Assembly (NCBI GenBank): GCA_964534775.1 | Contig: CAZHPE010000001.1 | Span: forward strand, 33,009 to 65,117 | Direction: 5' to 3' | Length of the DNA: 32,109 nucleotides | Origin: an uncultured candidatus Brocadiaceae bacterium | Lineage (GTDB): Bacteria > Planctomycetota > Brocadiia > SM23-32 | Shown here: piece by piece, positions 25,052-32,109 of the stretch | Layout of the letters: every line of letters begins with the position of its first letter | Numbering within the stretch: the stretch's first letter is position 1 | Program-made: the position numbers and the translations under genes | Notes under the pieces: model-generated | Told to the model about the DNA's origin: nothing | The model's input: the letters and a program-made list of their open reading frames with translations, nothing else | The model's database searches: none

Positions 25052-26773
25052 ATGGCCAAGGCACAGATGCTTTCGGCACCCGCGGATGCAGCGGTCAACG
25101 CGGTGACGTTCGGCGTATGCTCGGCGGCTGATCCGCGCATCCCTCCGGAGGCGCGCGAGCGCTGCGTCAACATCGTCCGGATGGCTGCCGAGACCATCGC
25201 GAAGGGCGTGAAGATACCCGACGGTCGGCCCGTGAACGTCGTCTGGACGGACGTGGTGGTCGGCGGCGAGCGGGACGCGGACGTCGTCGCGCGGCAGTTC
25301 CGCGAGGCATGCGTCGACGCCGTGGTCGTCACGCCCGATACCTGGGCGTTCCCGCAGCCCACGCTCATGAGCCTGTTCAGCCACCTTCCCAAGGACATCC
25401 CCATCAACATCACCTGCGGCAATAACGGCTCCAAGCCCGGGATGGTCTACTCCCACGGCGTGAACGGTGCGCTGGCGCAGGGCGGCCGTCTGACGACGCT
25501 TAACGTGGGCGACTGGCTGGCGACGGGCCAGAAGCCGAGGATGACGCCCGAAACGGCCGAGGCGCTCATCGACTGGTGCTACGGCGCGCTGGCGGCCGCG
25601 GGCCTGAAAGGGCGGCGCGTGGTGATTTTCGGCCACGACTCCATGGGCATCGAGACCTGCCTGGCCCACGTGATACCCACGCGCAATACCTTCGGGATCG
25701 AGATCACGCGCCTGGACATGAAGCTCCTGGGCGACATGCTGACCGGCGGCGCGTACGACAAGAAGGAGGTCAAGGCGCTGCGGGCGTGGTTCAACCGGTA
25801 CGTCGGGGACCGCATCGAGTTGCGCGATGAGGCCGACGACGAGAAGTTCGACCTCTCGCTGGCGATGTACCTCATCGTGCGCGACATCATGGACGATCTG
25901 GACGCGGTCGGTGGCGGCTTCCAGAGCCAGCTCGAATGGGGCTCCGACCCCCGCTGCGTGCCGATGCCCGTGGCCGACCCGATGGAGAGCCTGTTCAACG
26001 CCACCTTCGATCACCGCGGGCGCAAGGCGCCCGTGCCTTACGCGACCGAGTCCGACGCGCAGGGCGTCCTGACGATGCTGGTCATGACCTGGCTCACGGG
26101 CGGCAATCCCCCGCTGTTCATGGACTTCCGGAAGGTCTGGGAGCCGTGGGAGATCAAGCTCGCGTGCGAGAAGCTCGAGGTCCCCTGCACGGGCGACGAG
26201 CCGTGGATGGAGAAGGGGTTTGTGGACGGCGAGAACTCCGGCTCCGCCAGCCTCAACTGGGCGGCCGCGCCCGGCGCCTCCGTCAGCGAGTGCATGAACG
26301 GGGTCTCGATGGGGGCGGCCGGTAGGTGGTATGAGTTCGCCGGCGGCGGGAACAACGTGCGGTTCGTCTCGCCCGGCGGCATAGAGGGCATAGCGGCCCG
26401 GCTGAGCTACAGCGACCTGACCGGCATGTTCTCGCTCCTGTGGGACGAGGCCTACAGCGTCGATCTGCCCCCCGAGCTGGCCGAGGTTGTCTGCAACGCC
26501 TCAACCTACACCTGGCCGCACTCCTTCCTGGTGCCCAAGTACGCGACCATGAAGGAGTACAAGCAGTACGCGCCGACCAACCACTCCCACATGACGTGGA
26601 ACCTGCCGCCGGCCCGGCTGGAGCACTGGATGGACCTGACCCAGGTGCTCTCGGAGACGCCCTGGGCGGCGCGGGATGCGTGGATCGACGGCGTGGACAG
26701 GCCGCTGCCGCTGCTCTACCTCCTCAACGGCGGCGAGAACAATGCCAAGCTGAAGCTGGCCGGGAAGGCGTAG
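25052..26773 (+). CDS. L-fucose/D-arabinose isomerase family protein
   Basis: AGGAGG RBS; DPRI, TWAFP, DSMGI, GFQSQLEW, and candidate Mn ligands in ATESDAQG (Glu), FMDFR (Asp), TWPH and PTNH (His). Confidence 0.88.
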   Translation: MAKAQMLSAPADAAVNAVTFGVCSAADPRIPPEARERCVNIVRMAAETIAKGVKIPDGRPVNVVWTDVVVGGERDADVVARQFREACVDAVVVTPDTWAFPQPTLMSLFSHLPKDIPINITCGNNGSKPGMVYSHGVNGALAQGGRLTTLNVGDWLATGQKPRMTPETAEALIDWCYGALAAAGLKGRRVVIFGHDSMGIETCLAHVIPTRNTFGIEITRLDMKLLGDMLTGGAYDKKEVKALRAWFNRYVGDRIELRDEADDEKFDLSLAMYLIVRDIMDDLDAVGGGFQSQLEWGSDPRCVPMPVADPMESLFNATFDHRGRKAPVPYATESDAQGVLTMLVMTWLTGGNPPLFMDFRKVWEPWEIKLACEKLEVPCTGDEPWMEKGFVDGENSGSASLNWAAAPGASVSECMNGVSMGAAGRWYEFAGGGNNVRFVSPGGIEGIAARLSYSDLTGMFSLLWDEAYSVDLPPELAEVVCNASTYTWPHSFLVPKYATMKEYKQYAPTNHSHMTWNLPPARLEHWMDLTQVLSETPWAARDAWIDGVDRPLPLLYLLNGGENNAKLKLAGKA

Positions 26774-26785
26774 CGTGCCGGAAAA

Positions 26786-26814
26786 TTGACAGGTGTGGCC
26801 GGAGTGGGTACCTT
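26786..26814 (+). promoter_or_regulatory. Internal sigma70 promoter upstream of the RLP gene
   Basis: TTGACA-N17-TACCTT, 12 bp after the isomerase stop. Confidence 0.65.
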
Positions 26815-26885
26815 GCTCTGTCCGCAGCGCCCCCGTCCCGAGAGGGGCGAGGGCCATCGGCCCAGGAAGAAAGGCGAAGCGATCC

Positions 26886-28235
26886 ATGTACACGCGTTAC
26901 TACTATCCGGAGATATTCGAACAGACGCTCGACGGCATCGACCGCAGCACGCACATAATGGCGACGTATTACGTGGCCGACGAGCTGGCGGGCGAGGACT
27001 TTATCGAGCACTTCTCGCTGATTCAGGCCATGGTCCTCGAGGGTTCGACGGGAACCTGGCAGGACGTGCCGGATCATACGCTGGAGGTCCGCCAGCGGCT
27101 GTGCGGCAAGATGGTGGGCTATTACGAGGTCCCCACCGACAGCCCATACAAGCGCGCTGCGGTGGTGCAGCTCGCCTTCCCGATAGATGCCTGGACCGAC
27201 AATGTGCCGATGATGCTTCTTAGCATCGCAGGCAACTGCTTCGCGTTCAGCAAGGGGCTGCGCCTCCTGGACGTGTTCATTCCGGAGAAGTTGCTGGCGA
27301 ACTTCAAGGGCCCGAAGTTCGGCGTGCCGGGCATTCGCGAGCTGATGGGCGAGCAGGAGCGGCCCTTCTCTCTCCACATCATCAAGCCGAAGATGGGCAT
27401 GACGCCCAAGCAGCTCGCCAAGCAGTGCTACGAGACGGCGATGGGCGGGGTGGACATGATCAAAGACGACGAGATGACCAGCGACGTCTACAACTCGAGC
27501 TACGATGACCGCCTAAAGGCCGTGCTGGAGGCCCTGGACAAGGCCGAGACGAAGACCGGCAAGCGGGTCATCTACTACCTGAGCATCACTGACGAGCCGC
27601 GTCGCATCTTCGATAAGGCGGCGAGGGCCGTCGAGCTCGGCGCGCGCGGCCTTCTGATCTGCTACTCGGCGGGCCTGCCGGTCCTTCGCCAGATTGCGGA
27701 GGACCCGGCGATCAATGTGCCGATACTGTTCCACGGCTCGCACATGATCGCCGCCACGCCCACCATCTCATGGCCGGTCTTCGCCAAACTCGCCCGGCTG
27801 TGCGGCGCCGACCTGATGCTCACACCCACGTACTGGTCGAGCATTCCGATGGTGAGCCTGGAGGAAGGCATCCGCACCGCACACATAAAGCTCGCGCCTC
27901 TGGGCCACATCAAGCCCATGTGGCCGATGCCCTGCGCGGGCATCTACCCGGGGCTGATGCCCATACTGGTCGGGGAGTACGGGCCGGACATCATCGTCCC
28001 GGCCGGCGGCGGCATGCTGGGGCATCCGGACGGTTACCGGGCCGGTGCGGCGTCCTGGCAGCAGGCGATAAGCGCGACCATGTCCGACGAGCACATCGCC
28101 GAGTACGCGAAACGAGCCGAGAACAAGGAGCTGCGGCGTGCGCTGGAGCACTGGGGCCACATCGAACGCCCCAAGACCCCCTGGCTGCGCGTGGCCCCGA
28201 AGTTCCACCCGAAGAAGATGACCTTCGACGAGTGA
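26886..28235 (+). CDS. RuBisCO-like protein (form IV, non-carboxylating)
   Basis: EGSTGTW, AGN, GPKFG..GIR, IKPKMG, DMIKDDE, LFH, ARLCGAD, GGGMLGHPDG..AGA. It lacks the HR arginine, the H327 equivalent and the loop-6 GK. No small subunit or phosphoribulokinase lies nearby. Confidence 0.93.
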   Translation: MYTRYYYPEIFEQTLDGIDRSTHIMATYYVADELAGEDFIEHFSLIQAMVLEGSTGTWQDVPDHTLEVRQRLCGKMVGYYEVPTDSPYKRAAVVQLAFPIDAWTDNVPMMLLSIAGNCFAFSKGLRLLDVFIPEKLLANFKGPKFGVPGIRELMGEQERPFSLHIIKPKMGMTPKQLAKQCYETAMGGVDMIKDDEMTSDVYNSSYDDRLKAVLEALDKAETKTGKRVIYYLSITDEPRRIFDKAARAVELGARGLLICYSAGLPVLRQIAEDPAINVPILFHGSHMIAATPTISWPVFAKLARLCGADLMLTPTYWSSIPMVSLEEGIRTAHIKLAPLGHIKPMWPMPCAGIYPGLMPILVGEYGPDIIVPAGGGMLGHPDGYRAGAASWQQAISATMSDEHIAEYAKRAENKELRRALEHWGHIERPKTPWLRVAPKFHPKKMTFDE

Positions 28236-28259
28236 TCGTCACAGGAGAGGTTGGCAGCA

Positions 28260-29744
28260 ATGGCGAGACGCCGCTTTCTCGCATTCGATCTGGGGGCCGA
28301 GAGCGGGCGCGCCGTCGTCGGCACGCTCGAAGGCGGCCGGCTCGCGCTCGATGAGATCCACCGGTTCCCGAACGAACCGGTCGAGTTGTGCGGCACGCTA
28401 CACTGGGACGTGCTGAGCCTCTTCAGGAACGTGCTGGCGGGAATGAGGGCGTACGTCGAGCGTTTCGGCGACTCGGTGGACGGGATCGGAATCGACACCT
28501 GGGGCGTGGACTTCGGCCTCCTGGCGGCGGACGGGGCGTTGCTTCAGAACCCGGTGCATTACCGCGACCGGCGCACCGACGGCATGCTGGAAGAGTTGCA
28601 GCGGCGGATCGCCCCGCAAGAGTTATATGAGAAGACCGGGCTGCCCCAGTCGCCCGTTCATACCGTCTGCCAACTGCTCTCCATGCGCCGGAAGCGCAGC
28701 CCGATCCTCGAGTCCGCCGCCACGCTCCTCATGATGCCCGACCTGTTCGCGTACTTCCTGACGGGCGAGAAGCGCTGCGAACGTACCGAGGCCGTCAGCA
28801 GCCAGCTCTATGATCCGCGAAGCGGCGAATGGCACAAGGGCGTCTTCGAGGCCCTCGATCTGCCGCTTTCCATCATGCCGGAGCTTGTGGACCCCGGCAC
28901 CGTCCTGGGGGAGCTTAGCCAGTCGGTCAAACGCGAAACCGGCCTCAAGGAAGCGCCCGTGATTGCCGCGTGCACGCATGATACGGCGGCGGCCGTCGCG
29001 GCCGTACCGGGCAGGGGCGATGGCTGGGCCTTCCTGAGTTCCGGCACGTGGTCCGTTCCGGGGGCGCTCACCGCCGAGGTCGTGACCTCCGAGGGGGCCC
29101 TGGCGGCCGGGATGCTCAACGAACTGACGCTCGGGAGCACGTTCCTGTGTCGCAACATCCTGGGCCTGTGGCTCCTCCAGCAGGCGCGCGCCGTGTGGCA
29201 GCGGGGCGGCGAGGATTATTCGTATGCCGACCTCGTCAGCCTGGCGGAAGGCGCGCCCGAAGGCGGCGCCCTGGTGCACATCGACGACGCCGCTTTCCTG
29301 GCGCCGGAGGACATGTGCCGGGCCATCCGGGACTACTGCAAGCGCACCGGGCAGCCGCAGCCGGAGGGGCCAGCCGAGATTTCGCGCTGCATCCTGGAGA
29401 GCCTCGCCCTGTGCTATCGCCGCGCGCTGGATCAGCTCAAGGCCATCCTCGGGCGGGATTTCGACGTTATGCACGTTGTAGGCGGCGGCTCTCTCAACAC
29501 GCTCCTGTGCCGGCTCACGGCCGATGCGACGGGCATTCCGGTTCTTGCCGGGCCGGTCGAGACGGCCGTCGCGGGAAACGTTCTCGTGCAGGCTTATGCC
29601 CGCGGCTTTCTCGGCTCGCCTCAGGAGATTCGCGACGTCGTCCGCGAGTCGTCCGAACTGGTCGAATATGAACCCCACGACGCCGCGCGGTGGGACGAGC
29701 GCTACGGCCGGTATGTCGAGCTGGCCGACGGGCGGCACGGATAG
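28260..29744 (+). CDS. FGGY carbohydrate kinase, rhamnulokinase/fuculokinase-like
   Basis: AFDLGAESGR, HRFPN, GIDTWGVDF, HYRDRRT, MPDL, HDTA, SSGTWS, NILGLWLLQ, ESLAL, VGGGS, AGPVE, GN. Confidence 0.92.
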   Translation: MARRRFLAFDLGAESGRAVVGTLEGGRLALDEIHRFPNEPVELCGTLHWDVLSLFRNVLAGMRAYVERFGDSVDGIGIDTWGVDFGLLAADGALLQNPVHYRDRRTDGMLEELQRRIAPQELYEKTGLPQSPVHTVCQLLSMRRKRSPILESAATLLMMPDLFAYFLTGEKRCERTEAVSSQLYDPRSGEWHKGVFEALDLPLSIMPELVDPGTVLGELSQSVKRETGLKEAPVIAACTHDTAAAVAAVPGRGDGWAFLSSGTWSVPGALTAEVVTSEGALAAGMLNELTLGSTFLCRNILGLWLLQQARAVWQRGGEDYSYADLVSLAEGAPEGGALVHIDDAAFLAPEDMCRAIRDYCKRTGQPQPEGPAEISRCILESLALCYRRALDQLKAILGRDFDVMHVVGGGSLNTLLCRLTADATGIPVLAGPVETAVAGNVLVQAYARGFLGSPQEIRDVVRESSELVEYEPHDAARWDERYGRYVELADGRHG

Positions 29745-29786
29745 CTTGCCCCCATGGAGACGGCGCCCCGCGCGCCCGGCCGGGGT

Positions 29787-30653
29787 TCAACGCGCCTTGC
29801 CGACGCTGCCGAACAGTTCCAGCTTCCCTTCGACATACCCCTCTATTCGCTTCATCGCCTCGGCAAGCGCCGGGCGGGGGTCGACATACTCCGGGCCCGC
29901 GCCGAGGCCGGCGCGGACGGCGTCCACGAAGGCCTTCCGCAGTCCGTGGGCCACGTTCACCTTCGCTATGCCCAGGCCGATGGCCGTGCGCATCTGCTCG
30001 TCCGGAATGCCCGTGCCACCGTGAAACACGAGGGGAATTGACACTCTCTGCGCAATTCGATCCAGCCGGTCGAAGTCCATCTCTATCTTCTTGGTGTCGA
30101 AGCAGCCGGAGATCGACCCGACGCTGACGGCCAGGAAGTCGATGCCGGACTTCTCGGCGAACTCTGCGGCCTCGTCAGGATCGGTCATCATCGCCTCGAT
30201 CTGCTCGGGGCTGGCGTTCGGGTCGCGGCTCACCTGCCCCAGTTCGCCTTCCACCGCCGCCCCAAGGGGCCTTGCGGCCGCGACGACCCGCTGCATGAGG
30301 GCGATGTTCTCCTCCAGCGGCAGGTGAGAGCCGTCCGCCATTACCGACGGAAACCCGAGCTTCAGACAGTCGACGATCAGATCAAGCGGCATCTCGCGCG
30401 AGCCGTGGTCCAGGTGAAAGGTCGCCGGGACGGCCGCCGCTTCAAGCGCCGAGAGGACCGAGCGGCAGAGCGACTCCTTCGCGTAGAAGTCGAAGTTTAT
30501 GAAGCTCGTCTGGATCATCACGGGCGAGCTGGTGCGTTCGCAGGCGCGCAGCACCCCTTCGAGCAGCTCGAGATTGAACACGTCGAATCCCGCGATGCAG
30601 TACCCGTCTGCCGCGGCGTCCTCGAGCATCTGCCTGGCCGGAACCAAAGGCAT
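29787..30653 (-). CDS. Class II fructose/tagatose-bisphosphate aldolase family protein (atypical metal site)
   Basis: SPVMIQ, FHLDHG, SVMADGS, VEGELG, TDPDEA, LAVSVGSISG, LVFHGGTG, KVN. Confidence 0.9.
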   Translation of the reverse strand: MPLVPARQMLEDAAADGYCIAGFDVFNLELLEGVLRACERTSSPVMIQTSFINFDFYAKESLCRSVLSALEAAAVPATFHLDHGSREMPLDLIVDCLKLGFPSVMADGSHLPLEENIALMQRVVAAARPLGAAVEGELGQVSRDPNASPEQIEAMMTDPDEAAEFAEKSGIDFLAVSVGSISGCFDTKKIEMDFDRLDRIAQRVSIPLVFHGGTGIPDEQMRTAIGLGIAKVNVAHGLRKAFVDAVRAGLGAGPEYVDPRPALAEAMKRIEGYVEGKLELFGSVGKAR

Positions 30654-30773
30654 CTTTCGGTTTCCTCCGATGGGCGAATCATCACTGATCTGCGCAGCCG
30701 TCGAGCGCCGGGACCGACGTTACCATGCGGGGCGAGTGAGCGAGTAGAGCGACGGCGGCCTTCCTGGCGGCTC

Positions 30774-30802
30774 AGTGTATGGCAAGGACACCTGCCGATC
30801 AA
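30774..30802 (-). promoter_or_regulatory. Putative sigma70 promoter for the class II aldolase
   Basis: Minus strand TTGATC-N17-TACACT. Confidence 0.6.
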
Positions 30803-30869
30803 TCGGCTTGAGCATGCGCCGGAATGCGGGTCGTTTCCCGCACCCGATCCGCTGCCGCGCGGGCGCAGG

Positions 30870-30898
30870 TTGACACGCAGTCTGCAATGGCCTACAGT
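30870..30898 (+). promoter_or_regulatory. sigma70 promoter for the UroD/MtaA family gene
   Basis: TTGACA-N17-TACAGT, 37 bp upstream of ATG 30936. Confidence 0.72.
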
Positions 30899-30935
30899 CG
30901 CAAGGGGATGCTCCTATCGCGCGGAAGGGTGAACG

Positions 30936-32024
30936 ATGACGAGCAGAGAACGGGTCCTTGCCGTGTTTGAAGGGAAGCTGCCCGACCGGTGCCCGATCGA
31001 TTTCCAGGCGACCCCGGATGCCGAAGCCATGCTGACGGATGCGTTCGGCCTGAGCGACGCGGAGGCTCTGCGCGAGTACCTCGGCTGCGACATCCGGGTG
31101 GTCTCGCCGGTGCCGAAGCCGGCGAACCAGGGAGTGTTTGCGCGCCACCTGTTCGTCGAGGAGGCCGGACAGGGCAGGTGGCTCGATAACTGGGGCCTCA
31201 CGTGGCAGCGGGTGGAGGTGCCGGCGGGAGACGTCTTCTACGATGTCGTCGATGCGCCCCTCAAGGACGTTGCGGAAGTGGCCGAGGTCGAGGACTATCC
31301 GTTCCCGAAGCCGGGACAGGACTGGGATTTCTCCGGGTTGCAGGGCGAGGCTCTGCGGCATTCCGGCCGCGCGGTGGCCGGGCAGACGGCGGCGGTCTTC
31401 GACGATGCGTGGCGTCTGCTCGGCCTGGAGAAGATGTTCATCGACATCGCGCTCAGGCCCGAGCTTGTGCACGCCGTGCTCAGAAAGGTCTGCGACTACT
31501 GGCTCGAGTTCGCGCGGCTTGAGTTCGAGGCGGCCGCCGGCGCGCTCGACCTGATGTGGATATTCGACGATCTGGGCACCCAGAACGGGCTCGTCATCTC
31601 CCCGGAAACATGCCGGGAGTTCGTCCTGCCGCTGATCGGGGAGCGCGCGGCGCTTTGCCACAGATACGTGGCCAGGGCGATCCTGCACTGCTGCGGCGGC
31701 ATCGAGCCAGTTATCGAGGACATAATCGGCGCGGGGGTGGACGCGCTCAACCCCATCCAATCGGCCCCCCGGGGGATGGACCGGGGGCGGCTGAAGGCAA
31801 GGTATGGCGACCGGCTCGTCTTCCACGGTTCAGTGGACGAGCAGCGGGTGCTTGTGCCGGGCACGCCCGACGTCGTCGCGGCCGATACGCGGGAGTGTAT
31901 CGACACCCTCGGGGCGGGCGGCGGCTACATTGTGGCGGCCTCCCACAAGATCGAAACCGACATTTCCCCCGAGAACGTCAGAGCGATGTTCTTCACCGCC
32001 ATGGAGCACGGTCGCTACCCCTGA
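30936..32024 (+). CDS. Uroporphyrinogen decarboxylase / MtaA-CmuA methyltransferase family protein
   Basis: MTSRERV...PDRCP, DNWG, DDLGTQNG..ISPE, LHCCG, LNPIQ, FHGSVDEQ..L..GTP, GGGYI..SH. Confidence 0.88.
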   Translation: MTSRERVLAVFEGKLPDRCPIDFQATPDAEAMLTDAFGLSDAEALREYLGCDIRVVSPVPKPANQGVFARHLFVEEAGQGRWLDNWGLTWQRVEVPAGDVFYDVVDAPLKDVAEVAEVEDYPFPKPGQDWDFSGLQGEALRHSGRAVAGQTAAVFDDAWRLLGLEKMFIDIALRPELVHAVLRKVCDYWLEFARLEFEAAAGALDLMWIFDDLGTQNGLVISPETCREFVLPLIGERAALCHRYVARAILHCCGGIEPVIEDIIGAGVDALNPIQSAPRGMDRGRLKARYGDRLVFHGSVDEQRVLVPGTPDVVAADTRECIDTLGAGGGYIVAASHKIETDISPENVRAMFFTAMEHGRYP

Positions 32025-32109
32025 CGCTGACCGCCCGATGAGGCGGTCCCTGCGCTCTCGGCCCGATTCTGTGCTTGACGGCCCTGCAGCAGCCGGGTGC
32101 TATCCCCCG

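Noticed and set aside
23735-26014. 759-aa minus-strand ORF suggesting a large DHDPS fusion
   Set aside because: Only 23735-24685/24691 is DHDPS-like. The upstream part spans the promoter region and the antisense strand of the isomerase.
26828-26863. Two short hairpins in the RLP 5' leader as a riboswitch
   Set aside because: Stems of 5-6 GC pairs are expected by chance at this GC content, and I recognise no aptamer consensus.
26886-28235. True RuBisCO / Calvin cycle CO2 fixation
   Set aside because: The R295, H327 and K334 equivalents are absent, and there is no rbcS, prk or activase in the window.
32075-32109. TTGACG near the window end as a promoter
   Set aside because: No good -10 hexamer at 16-18 bp spacing, and the downstream context is cut off.

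Overview
High-GC bacterial DNA (GC not computed), densely coding with about 30 genes. I recognised no rRNA, tRNA, CRISPR array or transposase. An H-X9-DG-type fragment and the enzyme repertoire hint at a PVC-superphylum or similar host (inference). From left to right: the 5' part of hisS; a frameshifted GH4 glycosidase; a DUF362/ferredoxin protein; an HpcH aldolase; arfB; and a minus-strand four-gene unit (lipoprotein, Tes/MJ0619-like radical SAM enzyme, class V PLP enzyme, Fe-S flavoprotein). Next comes a 13-gene minus-strand cluster (10.4-24.7 kb) that looks like a catabolic pathway for an N-acylated (di)amino sugar or aminocyclitol. Divergent from it is an operon of an L-fucose-isomerase-like enzyme, a form IV RuBisCO-like protein (RLP) and a rhamnulokinase-like kinase. 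It is followed by a convergent, atypical class II aldolase and a UroD/MtaA-family gene. The best candidate for an undescribed system is the isomerase-RLP-kinase operon: the RLP keeps the P1 site and enolisation residues but has lost the P2 and loop-6 residues, which fits a ketose-1-phosphate substrate. Several near-consensus sigma70 promoters, a 130-bp MITE/REP-like element and short repeats are also visible. All family calls come from motifs read by eye, with no database search.
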